A DNA stretch of 63,997 nucleotides, counting the filler, from Circinaria calcarea (lineage: Eukaryota), in the NCBI GenBank assembly GCA_051942165.1. It is 25 parts of 25 records of this genome, joined end to end, with 100 filler letters (N's around TTAATTAATTAA, not from the genome) between each part and the next. Parts side by side here need not be neighbours in the genome. Positions count along the whole stretch, not along the records: positions 38,576 to 41,036 come from JAVECS010003512.1; positions 41,137 to 43,595 come from JAVECS010003513.1; positions 43,696 to 46,154 come from JAVECS010003514.1; positions 46,255 to 48,712 come from JAVECS010003515.1; positions 48,813 to 51,269 come from JAVECS010003516.1; positions 51,370 to 53,826 come from JAVECS010003517.1; 19 more parts are not named here. One strand, written 5' to 3'. The notes under the pieces are model-generated. The model had not been told where the DNA came from, made no database searches, and was given only the letters and a program-made list of their open reading frames with translations. A program made the position numbers and the translations under genes. Numbering within the stretch: position 1 is the first letter of the stretch; each line of letters starts with the position of its first letter. Below are positions 39,230 to 51,760 of the stretch, in pieces.

Positions 39230-42200
39230 GATGCCGATACGCAAGACTTGGACGAGAAAGCAATAAACAGTCACAACGGTGGCTTCGTGGCCTAGGGGTT
39301 GGAAAGTGAAGCCCAGGATGAGCTACGCCTGTGAAGAGTATTCTTGGATGATTACAGCTAGATGCAACGCAAGCCGAGAAGCAAGGCCCTTTTAATTTTC
39401 TATCCATCGGAGATGACAGGACACAGCCCTGGAATATATGGAAGATCATCGCAACTCTTGTGAACTGATCCAAGTGACTGAGCCTTGTGATAACCCGGAA
39501 TGTGAATACCACCAGGCCCCAGAGCTGAGTTATCTGATGAGCGGGTAGGCCTTTCTTTTCGCCAATCATTTGCCGGGACTAATCCTGCGACTGGTTTTTG
39601 ATACCCCCAAAAAGTTGCAAATGCATCTGCCCCCGTTTTCGCTCCCGTGGTTTCTCCCGTATTCAGCCTTTTCCCTTTACATTTTTCAATTCAAGTCCAT
39701 GGCAATGGCAATGGCAATGCCAATGCCAATGATGGCTGGTGCTTGAGAATTCTTAATGGTAAATGACGGTGTTGATATTTTGCTGGGAGAGAAGGGGGGG
39801 GGGCCTCTTGGGATATCTGGATTTCAGCGAGCCCCTGCCCTGTGACCATACAGACAATCCCCACCGTCCTCCCTTCTCAAAAACCTCAATTGAATCTAAT
39901 CCACACAGGCAAGGAAAACCAATTTTCGGCTCGAGGAGCCCCTACCTACCTTCGGTGGATATCTTCTCTTCACTTCGGCCAGAGCCCAGAGTCCAGAATC
40001 CAGTCGCTCCCGTCGCGCCGAGCCAGCGTTTTTGAAAACACAAATAAATAACGAGTGGCACGCGGTTTCCGCCAGCTACGTGTACGTTATCAGAACAGCA
40101 TATTCCAACCAGAACCAGTGGCTGAAGCCGTAATACCGCATCACACGGTAAGGGCATTATAGCAAAACCTCGATAACTACCTTGATCCTCCAGACCTGCA
40201 AAGCTCAGAGCTCAGAGCTACGCTAGCTTAAGACTACGAAACCCTCTCCTCCCCTCCGGCTCCCGCTCCCATGCGTCCCAAGAGAAACTTTTATTTCGGC
40301 GTCGGTTGCGGATCTTTTATACATAATTGGGCAAGTGGCAGGGGAAATACGTCGTCGCAACGTTCCAAAAGCCCGGGAAAAGGAACCCCCCTGGTAATAA
40401 GGATATTCCCCGTCAACTACTTCATGCACCGATTTTGTTTCTTCATGACTCCTATCTATCTATCCCTTTGCATGCGAAGCACATTTGGTAGGGGTAGGAC
40501 TTATCCTAGATGATCCTGTTATTGGCCTTTTCCCCCAGGGCTAGGATGGTTGTCTGGTAGTTAGATGGTCTAGATTGATCGCAGGATCTTGGGAATTAAA
40601 ATCTGGTGAGGTAGGATTTGGAGTACCGTATGTGGTGCACACGTCGTTCTGAATGAACAAACGCGTCTAGACGCGTCGAATGTGTGTTTGTTGTATGACA
40701 TCACACGCTTCTTCTTCAAACCTGCTCAGCCATATTTAAATTCACAGTTAATGGAATTCTCGGCTGATAACTTAAATCAATTGTTTCCGGACAATCATTG
40801 ATTGAATCTTCTATTCGCAATCTTCAAGTTTCCGCAATCACCTGCTGTAGCACCCAAACAACCGCACCACCACAGCCAGCGACCAAAGAACCATAGAACA
40901 ATCAACCTGAACCCCAGCACACCAACATGACCTCCACATCCGCCAACCCCTCAAGCCTCGAAACCAGCATCCAAAACTTAACCACCAAACTCACCTCTCT
41001 AATCCAGTAACGTTTCCCCTTCCTCCACCATTCATCNNNNNNNNNNNNNNNNNNNNNNNNNNNNNNNNNNNNNNNNNNNNTTAATTAATTAANNNNNNNN
41101 NNNNNNNNNNNNNNNNNNNNNNNNNNNNNNNNNNNNATGATACGAAGAGGATGAGGAGCAGTATGGAGCAGTAAACGCAGGGCCGGTTAAGGAAGTAGGT
41201 TAGGAAAAAGAAGGAGACAACGAAACTACGAAAAGTAACGTAAGCTGCGGTGCACGGTACAAACGTTCGAAGGTTGTCGCAGCACTTACAGAGGGGATGC
41301 ATTTGTCGGTATGAAGAGGAGAGGAAGCCAGCTGGATGGAAGTTAGACAGAGGATACCGGGCTGTCGAAGTGGGCGATCACACATACCTGCGTAAGCAAA
41401 ACATGAGGGCTCACAGTCGAACCAAATCTCTAAGATGGTGGGGTTTGTCAACTTGAAATACGAGTTATCGTCATTAATGGTCTAAAAGAGCAGTACATGG
41501 AGACCGCACCTACCGAGAGGTGATGGCTAAAGGTGATGGCTAAGTTCCTCTCTCCACTCTCCGAGGATGCCCTTCAAGGGACTTTGCGCAACCTCGCCAA
41601 AAGGGTCGCCGTACCATAGTATGTTGCAGGGGCCAAAGCTTCGGCCAGTGCTGCCTTTACATAAACGTTGATTTATGAACCGTTTACACCAGACTGATCG
41701 TCCTGCAGTCCTTCACTTTCATTACAAGACATGGACCGTCGAGTATTCCCTATCATCAATCTTGTCACAGCATTATATGCTTAAGGTCATCTGTGATAAA
41801 CGCTAGCATAGCAGAGTTGATATGCATGTGTTTTCCTTGACAACTAAGGCATGCATTGGATCTGGTTGGCTTGTCTTTCTTATTTGCACCAGTATCTCTG
41901 GCATAGCCTATGATTCTATTCACCAAGCAAATCTCAGTGCTCTCCTCGTTCTGAACCTCGGACATGATCATATCGAAAGAGCATGATCGCCTAGCTGACT
42001 GATTGCTGAGCCACTCTCTTTTAACCAGTAGAACGTTACCGGTAACAAAAAGCATCATCTTCACTTAACCGTCTTTATTCTCCTCACTTTACTCTCAGAT
42101 ATGTACCTGCTACCCTGGACTCTGGTATTGTCAGTCCACCAGTCCACAACCTCTGGCTTCGTCCCATTCACTTCTCTAAAGTTCTGATGATGAGGCTCAG

Positions 42201-42240
42201 TAAATTGCTGACCTAACCTAAGGTGACAGAAGATATTTGA

Positions 42241-42308
42241 TCATTTACGTTCCTCCTTTTCTTCATTTACGCTTCCATCTTTTCTTCATTTACGTTTCCT
42301 TCTTTTCT
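42241..42308. repeat. Three ~22-24-bp tandem units TCATTTACG(pyrimidine tract)
   Basis: Visible directly in the sequence. Confidence 0.8.
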
Positions 42309-42552
42309 ACAAATCGAGCTCTCGACCAGACTGACACCGCACATCAGATGAGTTCAGCTTCAACCCTTGTTTGCAGGTGACCAATCTATTTCTGCTGCAA
42401 AGTCAAGGTCTAGGTTTTACACGTCGTGAAGTCTTGGTACAGCAGCAGACAATCTAGTTTGCTAAACAGTTCATGGCTGACGATGACAGGATTGTCCAGA
42501 GCACAAGCATGCACGTAAACTTCTGTACTAGATTCATTACTCCAGCCGACTG

Positions 42553-43595
42553 ATGGCACCCAAATGCGATACTAGCCCATTGCTTCTCGAGGGATCAAAT
42601 AAGATGCTGCCTGAAGACCACGAGAACATGGATGATAGCGAGGGAGGGTCCGATCAGTATGGGGATGATTCTGCAAATGACGATAATGAAGTAGAAGCAG
42701 AGTTTGATGAACGGATCAACGCCATGCTGGCTTTCGATAGTAATATGATCCATCTACGGAGTCACTGCCAAACGTGGCCGCATATCATCCTTCTTTTCCG
42801 ATTATTGAAGCAGCTTGCACAAAGATTGCTGATAGGGCTATTCAATTATTGAAATCGTCCGATTACAGAGACTCGGAGACAGTTCGACTCATCGAGCAGA
42901 TTTCAGCGCGCCGAGACATCAAGTACTCTCCGGCTAAAAAGATTGGTATGATCGGAAATTCGGGAGTTGGTATGTTTTGAGCTAGGGGATTTGGTCATAC
43001 CATTACTTAGTCTTGGATAGGGAAGAGTTCTCTGATAAACGCCCTGCTAGACACGTCGGACCTTGCACTCGAGGTCAGTCTAGTATCTCAGGTACCGTAT
43101 GGCGCTAACGAGCCAGCTTAGGGATCATCTGGGAGTGCATGTACCTGTGTAATCACCGAATTTATGCAAGCATATCCGAACCAGTTGGCCCCGTTCACTG
43201 CCGAGATTGTCTTCTTTGATCGTGAGGCAAGGGAAGTTATTATCAAGGAGCACCTACGAGACTATTATCGGTACACGTCTCCGGTGGAAGAGGATACTGA
43301 TCCGGAGATTCTCTATCAGAATGAACTTCGTGCAACCACAGCTCTCGAGGTCTTCCAGGTCATGTTCGCAGACCATGATGAGTTTGCCACAGATGACACG
43401 ACCAAGGAGTTCCTCAACAGTGCCGACTCCGAGGACGATGTGGCTATATCAGCCAAGCTAATATTATGGACAGAGGAGTTATTAACTCACCTCAAAGTTG
43501 TACATAATCGGGTGATGCGAGATGGGTCTTCGATCGAAGAGATACAGGGAAAGCTCGAACGTTTCATCAGGACAGTTGAGGAAGATGATGACTAT
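42553..43595 (+). CDS. Dynamin-like / SLIP-GC-like GTPase, 3'-truncated, apparent frameshift ~42742, 2 introns
   Basis: Spliced P-loop IGMIGNSGVGKSSLINALLD, followed by G2-like GSACTCVITEF and AEIVFF. Confidence 0.8.
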
Positions 43596-44082
43596 NNNNN
43601 NNNNNNNNNNNNNNNNNNNNNNNNNNNNNNNNNNNNNNNTTAATTAATTAANNNNNNNNNNNNNNNNNNNNNNNNNNNNNNNNNNNNNNNNNNNNTGAAA
43701 GCACTTCACCAAAAAACATGCATGAAAGAAGCGAAAGAAGTACAGTTCAACGAAAAACTACATCATCGAGCACAGCTCTGCCTCTACATATCTGCTCGCC
43801 GGGAGGAAATCCGTCTTTCCTGAAATAGGTATACCACCTCAAGCTAGAGATATGGTAACTTCACTTGCGACTAGGGTTTGATCGAAAAGGTGAGACCGCA
43901 CGCGTCACCTCCCGCTTCGGCGCGTTCTGAAGGCATTCTGGAAGATCTTAGCATCGTCGGTGTCAGAAATGGTCATGAGGCTTTCAAACGCCTTGGACCG
44001 ACTTGCCACCTACTACACCACCTCCGATATCAGGCAGTACCTGCCTCCAACGTTTGTGGCAATCATGGGTGCACTCGCGATC

Positions 44083-45225
44083 ATGAATGTGCAAGTCACC
44101 AGCAGCAAAAGGAGAGTTGATATCGATCCTGAAGGGGATGTCCTTTTACAGCTCAAAGATATCGAACTCCGAGTCTCTTCAAAGATCCTGAAACTGTCCT
44201 CGAAGGTCTGGAAAGCCATGTTCAGCTTGAGCTTCAGAGAGGGAAGCGTACCTCCTTTGGACAATAAGCTTCGTCATATAACTCTGCCTGAAGATGACCC
44301 GGAAGCCATGGAAGCCCTGTGCAATCTCCTCCATCATCAACCTCAGAACGTCAGCATCAAGCGAATAGACGTGTTTCTCGAAAGACTTGCCATAACCGCA
44401 GATAAATATGACTGTGCTCCAACCTTGCGTTATTGGAGTAGACATCGCCTTAGCCAGAGGATTGGTAGGAAGAAGCCTAACCAAGCTCAATTGCTGAGTA
44501 TTACATATCTCTTAAATGATGCAGTGGGGTTTCGGAGATTGACACGTCACATGGTTTACTCGCTCCATCAGGAAGATGATGAGGGTATGGCCTACGGAAT
44601 TTCGGATTACTCGTGGTCGCTACTACCTGATGGCCTATTCGGTAAGCTATATACTGATAAGCCATCTCTGTTCATGTATCCATCTCTACTGTTCTAATCG
44701 CTTTCAGAAACCATCAAAGCTGTGGAAGACGGACTAAAGCGGCAATTGCTAAAAAAGATCGAGGAGATCATTGCGCCTCTCTTGAAGAAACGTATGGCAC
44801 CTGCATATCCGAAGCTCGGCATACTCCGAGACTCTGGTGGCGGGTCGAATTCTCATAGGCGGCGCCATTTCTCCGAATGCGATAGCGTTCGGATCGGCGT
44901 CTACATGAAAGAGCTGCTTCGCCTGGGATTGTGGCCTTTGACAACTGCTTTCTGCAAGTCTGACCTCGTTGATATTGTTACAAAAGTGAGGAGTGGCCAA
45001 TTTGAGCCTCCCTCATTGGTAGGTGACGGATGCCTCTCGTGCCAACTCGATCTAGGCGCAGAAGCTTCCCTAGCAGTGGAGGACGTACTGAAGGTATTCC
45101 ACGGCCTATGTTTAGATTGCGTTAAGTACGGCGAACCCCAGGAGGGTGAAGTGGCAAGATGTCGGAACCCTCATCCTGGCTATGAGGGAGGGATGAGAAA
45201 GGATTGGGACTCGGACATCCACTGA
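44083..45225 (+). CDS. BTB/POZ-domain protein, intron ~44642-44708
   Basis: IDPEGDVLL...RVSSKILKLSSKVWKAMF..SFREG...LPEDDPEAM...ADKYDC; C-terminal GLWP and GLCLDC. Confidence 0.92.
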
Positions 45226-45934
45226 CAGCAGTCGTACATGAACGCCTTTCCGATTGCGATTACTCGGTTGAACATACTGACTAAGCCTAAGGTTGAATAG
45301 CAAGATCATCTAGTGTTGAGTCTGTGATGGCCTTGGAGCCTTTCCCATTTCTGAGGGAGTCTGGGTGAATAAATGCGGTAGTACATTGACCAACAGGTGG
45401 GTTGTAAAGTCATTCCTCAGCCCCGCCCTTCAACGTATGTACTCTCACTATCAGACATGCACGGGCCGGTACTTCTGCTCCATTCATATCGTTCGTTGAC
45501 CGGATCTCGAAAGAGTTGTCTTAAGCTCCAAGCACAACTCAGCTTCCCTCATCGATAGTCGTCCTTCTTGATTGTACATATCACAGTTATCTCTGTATTG
45601 CTTCTTGCATCCCGCTGTCTGCTACGTTCCTACTTTTTAATGGTGTAAAGCAACCAAGAGAGTCGGAGAACGATGAATAGGTTCCTTCATGGCTGCCATA
45701 CTCAGTGTTCATAGCCTTCTCAATGCAAACACAACATGTGACGCAAATACGTATGCAGTGAATCAAGTTCTACTCGCTTCCCAAAAGGTAATCTTCCAGT
45801 TACTTCTTTGGAGTTACCGCTCTCACCTGATATGAAGACTTAATCTCAGGTTTCCTTTCCCCCACAATTACCTTTCTACTTCCACGTTGATCACCATCAT
45901 TACAAGTCCTCAGCCTTTTCTTACACTCGGGATA

Positions 45935-46154
45935 ATGGGCGACATGCAAACAGGCACGAAGAGAGTCGAGATCGATCCTGACGGCGAGGTGCTCTTGCAC
46001 CTTCCAGACGCACAACTGCGAGTATCGTCCAAAGTCCTCAGTCTAGCCTCGAAGGTTTTCCGTGCAATGCTGGGCCCACACTTTGCCGAAGGAAGCACGA
46101 TCAAGAATGGTATGCTCGATGTAGATATGCCGGAAGATGATACGGAAGCTATGA
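45935..46154 (+). CDS. BTB/POZ-domain protein, N-terminal fragment (tandem paralog)
   Basis: IDPDGEVLL...RVSSKVLSLASKVFRAMLGPHFAEG...MPEDDTEAM. Confidence 0.9.
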
Positions 46155-46254
46155 NNNNNNNNNNNNNNNNNNNNNNNNNNNNNNNNNNNNNNNNNNNNTT
46201 AATTAATTAANNNNNNNNNNNNNNNNNNNNNNNNNNNNNNNNNNNNNNNNNNNN

Positions 46255-46760
46255 GTCCAAGAATACATTGACGCCTTCGACGGAGTGCAAATCGCACTGG
46301 ATGCCCTGTTCTCGGATTAACTCGCCAACGGAGCGAACGGTATCGTTTTCAAACCGCAGGATCTTGATCGCTTCGGGAACGCCGTACGCGGTGCAGTACT
46401 GGGCGAATTTCAAGAACTGACCTCCTGCTAGGTGGCCGCCTGAAAGTTCATGTTAGATTCCCAAGCGAACTTTCTCCGCTGTTAAGAGATACTGCTTCAG
46501 GTATCACCATTTCGACCTGTTGCTCCGCAGCAGAGCTCCCGCGCCTCGAGCATGACAACTTTTGTGCTTGGACGCTGGACAAGGATCTTGTAGGCTATGG
46601 AAGCGCCGGTGATGCCGGAGCCGACGATGACGACGTCGGCGGTTGGGGGAAGGGTCGGCGTGGAGCGATGGTTTGCGAGGGGGGATGGCGGATCTTGCCA
46701 GTAGGACAGGGTGGGATGGGCGGAGGGGAGGACGATGGATGGAGGAGTCGTATCTGCCAT
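46255..46760 (-). CDS. FAD-dependent oxidoreductase (DAO family), N-terminal fragment, intron ~46441-46506
   Basis: SYWQ, DVVIVGSGITG dinucleotide-binding motif, LEARELCCGATGRNGGH. Confidence 0.92.
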
Positions 46761-47391
46761 GAATGGGTTTGTTGGAGGAAAGAAAATTTTAATAAAAAAA
46801 GTAATTGGATATAATTCACCTATATAGAAGAGGTCGTCGAAGGGTGGAATACCAAAACCCGGCAAATAAGCCTATTCTAAACTTTGCGAGGGCAGGGTAT
46901 CTTCTGAAGTTGAAAATAGATAGCATGTGATAATTACCTAGTGCATATGAGAATTCAGATATCAACAACAGTAATCGAGGTAATTAATTGAACCATTCAA
47001 ACCTAATGTTTGATTAATACCCAGGAAACATCACAACAGAGGCCCAGACTAAAACAAAATAAGGGGTATGCGTTTGGCAACATCGTTGCCGATAAAGAAA
47101 CAATTTGTGTGGAAGGAATGCCCCGTCATCTCGAGATTTAGTCTTTTAAGCCAAATTTTAATACCTTCAAGGTCTTCTAGTATCTGAGAATACGTGATTT
47201 CTGCACAAAGGGGTACTCCGGCGTCGTATTGTTGCCTTTAGCAATGACTTCTGATCACTCCCCTAATCTTAGAATCACAAGCGTAGTGTTGGAAAGAGGA
47301 GAAGCACGACGATACCTAGCCTGAGTATATACTACTAACAGGGCCCTCCTGCATACTACATTCTAAGACGTGTATTCCAGGAATCAGGCCC

Positions 47392-47766
47392 TTATACCCA
47401 CACGCTCGCCATATGCCACAGCACTGTACCCACAAACGCCGCGACCAATGCTACAACCAGCCCCAGAATCTTCCCCCAAAGCTCCCTTGCACACTCCTCA
47501 CACACCCTCACCGCCTCCTGTGAGTTTCTAGCCGCCTCTTCGTCCAACGTGAATCGAAGGTCACTATCCCCGTACCGAAATCGAGTTGCCAGCGCAAACC
47601 AGAAGGCGGGGACCAAATTTCGCGAAACGAACGAGACCGCCCAGAAGTGAGACGGGCGGGTAGCGACGAGGGCTAAGGCGTAGATGAAGAGGCCGGGGAA
47701 GACGAGGTTTCTAGGCCAGGGTGGTATGGTTGTTCTAGGCTGATGGCATAGAATGAGGCGCAGCAT
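47392..47766 (-). CDS. Hypothetical membrane protein exon
   Basis: 124-aa ORF with three hydrophobic stretches, preceded by intron-like signals; no family recognised. Confidence 0.3.
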   Translation of the reverse strand: MLRLILCHQPRTTIPPWPRNLVFPGLFIYALALVATRPSHFWAVSFVSRNLVPAFWFALATRFRYGDSDLRFTLDEEAARNSQEAVRVCEECARELWGKILGLVVALVAAFVGTVLWHMASVWV

Positions 47767-48414
47767 GTCTGGAGAAACGTCAGCATGTGTCGGTGGTCAC
47801 GGAGTAGGAACGATGTAGAAGTAAAAAGTGAGTTTGAAAATGAGGCCAGGTAGTGGGAAAATGTGATGGCAGTAAGTTAGAAGTGGCTCACCCTAGATAT
47901 GCGGATGCTAGGGTCGCTCATGGGCTGATTGGTACTGATCCCCATATTTTGATTCTAAGTAGTGCATCCCAAGTGCTGCCACTGGACTGGAAATACGGTT
48001 GGCCGACCCTCGTGGTATAGTGATCCGCGACTGGATGGTCTAGGTGTCCAGCACTGTGATACTATGCCCCCGGTGGCTTTTAATGTATACTCTGGGAGTG
48101 AATATGATGATGGCGAAATCTCATTCTTAAGCAGCGGCTGTAGCCATGGTTGTCTTGAATTCTTGATCGTGGAAAGGATAGTGTATGGAAGTCGACTGGA
48201 ATTTAAGGAAGGAAAGAGGCGCCAGAAGATACCTTCGGTGAATTCATTTGACTTTGGAATCGGGCGGTGCGGCGCTAAATCGTACCGTCCAGCAGTCTCG
48301 AAGATGTATTGAACCTATCATACCATACAGATGTTCGTGGTCCGTTGTTTATGTCCGCTCTCTGTTAGCCGTGCCCTGGAGACATCAACCCTCCTTGGGG
48401 TCGTTGTTCGACTC

Positions 48415-48681
48415 TCAATGCGGCTTCTTCTCCTTCTGCCACTCCACAAACCCATTCCAGTCCCTACACTGATGAGTGATGCCCCACCCATTCACTAGGG
48501 CGCCCGGACGTGTAACAGACCATTCCAGTGTAGTATCGGCTGCACACATGATGCCTTGTCGAATATAGTCAAAGCAGTGAGCCACATGCATCTGACCCAT
48601 ATCAGGGTCATCGTCATGCGTGGGAGGCGAGGAAGTATCGTGAGTCATTGGGGAGTGGTAATATGCTTTGCGTATCATGGC
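48415..48681 (-). CDS. UstYa/DUF3328-family oxidase, last exon
   Basis: HVAHCFDYIRQGIMCAADTTLE (HxxHC...RQ...C.AD.TLE) and GWGITHQCRDW; splice acceptor ctaactag at ~48682. Confidence 0.93.
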   Translation of the reverse strand, partial: AMIRKAYYHSPMTHDTSSPPTHDDDPDMGQMHVAHCFDYIRQGIMCAADTTLEWSVTRPGALVNGWGITHQCRDWNGFVEWQKEKKPH

Positions 48682-49649
48682 CTAGTTAGGGGACGAGTTA
48701 GAGTGGTGAGAANNNNNNNNNNNNNNNNNNNNNNNNNNNNNNNNNNNNNNNNNNNNTTAATTAATTAANNNNNNNNNNNNNNNNNNNNNNNNNNNNNNNN
48801 NNNNNNNNNNNNGGGTTTGTGAGGACATTGTGGTGGGAAGGTGGGGTTGGCTGTGTGACAAGGACTTGTGTAGTATAATTTTTGGCCAAGGCGGTGAACG
48901 ATGAGTTTATATGACCAATATGATTCTTGTGAGAATGACTCTGTATATATACAAACAATACCAACTCATTGGAACTCTGTTTACCGTTGTTTATTTTGGT
49001 GCCTGCTACCTGTTGCCTGTTGCCGGAGGAAACCGGCCGGGTACGGAAGTACGCACCCTCACCCTCTGAATATTCCAGGAAAGTTAGCCGGCCGGTTGGG
49101 ATACCGAGGAGCCAATCACGTCTGAACAAGAATAACAAACGGGAATCATGTTGACCTGATTATGAGCCCGTAGCTTTTTTTGGCAGCCCGGAGGGATTTT
49201 TTGCAATATGGGTAGTTTGAAAAAGTAAAAAACACTTAACATTGCGGAAGAGAGAAGTTGGATGGGTATGTAGGCGTTGCCCGAGGAGAGAGAGGGGAGG
49301 AAGGGAGGATGAGAGGGGGGCGGCGTTGATACCTTTGAAGTACCTCTACAAAGTGAGATGTTCATATTCTGGCAACCATGCACATGGAGCAGGTAGTTGA
49401 GAGCGAGCGAGTTTCCCGAGCTCCGATGAAATGCCTCACCCTTTGAAGGGTCCATTGTAGATACGGGAGCGCAGGATCAGCCAGCTCTCCTTTCCGTCAT
49501 GCTCGAGGCTCCCAAATGTACATTAAACGATTATGCAAGAGCCGGTTCGGCTCGGCATTCACTCCTCAAGATACTGGCATTAATCGGAGAGCATCCATAG
49601 TCTCTGTCAAGTTGGCAATTTTTTTTTTTTAAAAAAAGGTCCTCAAATC

Positions 49650-51269
49650 CTACAACTTGCGCATCTTCAAAACATGACTTTCCAGCCCTCCCATCGCCAC
49701 ATCCCCATCCCCGTCCGATGGGTCCGGAGGTGAGCTCGACGACCCCTCGGCCATTGAGATATCGCCCTCGACCGCCCCAAAGTTCCGAACTACCCACTGG
49801 CAAAACTCTTCCCATTCCGCCCTCCATGCCTTCATCCGCCTTGCCCGAACCCCTTTGCCCTTGATCCCGTTGCCCACATCTTTGACCCACGCCTCTTGAC
49901 TTTGATCGGGTGCAAAAGCCGCAAAGCGCACGCTGTTTTCCGCCAAACTGCCCAAGCCTTCCAGGCCTAGGTTCTCCCATCCTTGCAGCGCCTGCCAATA
50001 ATCGTGCGTCAGGCCGTTTTCGCCATGGCCTAAGATCGCGGGGTCGTCGTTGCACAAGGCAACGCTGACGCCGCGGGCGATAAGGGCGGGAACCGGGTGA
50101 GACATGACCGAGGAGGTGAGGCGGAGGACTTCGTTGGAGATGGGGCAGGATTCGACAAGAATGTTTTGCTCTTTGACCATACGGATAAGCGTGGGGTGTT
50201 TATAGAGGGAAAATCCATGGCCGATGCGGCGGGTGTGCAGGGTGATGGCGTCAAAGAGGTTGTTGTCCGTAGAGTTGCCGTCGCCGAGACATTCTCCGGC
50301 GTGGAAGAAAAACGGGATTTCGAGACCTTGTTCGACGGCGCGATCGCAGAACCAGAGGATTTCCGGGAAGAGGTCTATAAGGGAACGACCGGAGTCTTCT
50401 TCGCCGACAAAGTCGTAGCCAGCAATCACGGTGGGGAAACGCTTCTTGTGGGCGATACAGGATTGCATGTCCGTGATGATGTCGCGTTTGGGTAAGTTAC
50501 GCCGGGTGGCCCAAATGAAGCGTGCACCCCAGAAAGAGGACCCCGAGGCTGAGTTGCAGAATCTGGCGAGCTCATCTTGAAAGGCGAGAAGCATAGCGTC
50601 GTAACTTGTCTCCGGGGTCGTTTGGCCAGCGCGATGATAAGAGAAGACGAAGGTGATGCGGAAATCAACCCATCTAATGCCGTCCGCGAGGAGTTCAGCG
50701 AAGACACGGCGAAGGGAAGCGCGGAAAATGGGTTCATAGAAAAGAATAGAAGTAATGACGGGGAAACAAGTCCGAAATTTGGCCCATATATTGGAAGAGC
50801 CACGGTGGTGGGAGAATGCTTCGGCGGGCATAATTGTACAGCGGGTGAGAAGCCATTGGGTAAACGCTGCGCGACCGCCATTCGAGTATGGGAAACTGGT
50901 AGCAGCTGTGAGAGCTGGAATAGGAGTTTTAGGGACATAAGTACAATTCCACAGGGGGCAGTTGGAGCTGTCTTTTGACTTTTGAGATTGTGGACCCACG
51001 AAACGAAACGAGATAGTGGCTGTCTGCAAGGCCAATTGGCGGTCGAGTGGCCCACTTGCAATGATTGCCATCCCGTCCGTATCTAAAGCTTGGTCAATCA
51101 ACCATGCCACATCGACCATGGCCTCAAAATGTGCATGGAGCAACGCCCCTTTCGGCATCCTCCGCACAATCTGCCAGAGCTTGCTACTCTTCATTCGCGC
51201 CCGGGAGATGGCAAATGCCATACCCGGAAAGATCGGGCTGCGTTGGCTAGCATCACTCCATACCCCTTG
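49650..51269 (-). CDS. Adenosine deaminase, ADA2/ADGF (CECR1-like) subfamily, 5'-truncated
   Basis: RMPKGALLHAH, FFFHAGE, NLFDAI, RRIGHG, ESCPISNE and NDDP metal/catalytic motifs are intact. Confidence 0.94.
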   Translation of the reverse strand, partial: QGVWSDASQRSPIFPGMAFAISRARMKSSKLWQIVRRMPKGALLHAHFEAMVDVAWLIDQALDTDGMAIIASGPLDRQLALQTATISFRFVGPQSQKSKDSSNCPLWNCTYVPKTPIPALTAATSFPYSNGGRAAFTQWLLTRCTIMPAEAFSHHRGSSNIWAKFRTCFPVITSILFYEPIFRASLRRVFAELLADGIRWVDFRITFVFSYHRAGQTTPETSYDAMLLAFQDELARFCNSASGSSFWGARFIWATRRNLPKRDIITDMQSCIAHKKRFPTVIAGYDFVGEEDSGRSLIDLFPEILWFCDRAVEQGLEIPFFFHAGECLGDGNSTDNNLFDAITLHTRRIGHGFSLYKHPTLIRMVKEQNILVESCPISNEVLRLTSSVMSHPVPALIARGVSVALCNDDPAILGHGENGLTHDYWQALQGWENLGLEGLGSLAENSVRFAAFAPDQSQEAWVKDVGNGIKGKGVRARRMKAWRAEWEEFCQWVVRNFGAVEGDISMAEGSSSSPPDPSDGDGDVAMGGLESHVLKMRKL

Positions 51270-51760
51270 NNNNNNNNNNNNNNNNNNNNNNNNNNNNNNN
51301 NNNNNNNNNNNNNTTAATTAATTAANNNNNNNNNNNNNNNNNNNNNNNNNNNNNNNNNNNNNNNNNNNNTATCAGTATCACTGTCGGAAACGACCTTTTC
51401 GATTTTCTCGACCAACGCGATGAGAGATTCGAGGTTACTTCTATTCACGAAGCTGAGTGCCTCCTTGATCGAAGCTGTGGAGATGGCTGCGGGAGGCATT
51501 ATGACGCCTAGATCGAGGTACTCAGATATCGAGAGGGCGTATTTGGAGGGCTGCGGCGGGGGCTGGGATAGAACATGACGATAAAAGGTGATTGATCTCA
51601 AGTACTATGGGTGTTACAGATAGCGCAAGCTCGCATGTGAATTATAATATGGAAGTGTGCCGGCTCCCCCCCCTCCCCCCACTAATCAGCCTTTTGGCTA
51701 GTGGGTGTGGGGCCTTGGGTTGGCTTTTTCCTGGCGAGTCTGGGTATAAGACTCTCTCTG

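Noticed and set aside
42553..46154. GTPase plus BTB pair as one defence locus
   Set aside because: A spacer at 43596-43695 separates them, so the adjacency is artificial.
4802..51269. P450s, UstYa, oxidoreductase and deaminase as one biosynthetic cluster
   Set aside because: They lie on separate contigs ordered by size; only the DAO oxidoreductase and UstYa share a contig.
49531..51317. Several overlapping ORFs on both strands
   Set aside because: Shadow frames of the GC-rich adenosine deaminase gene.
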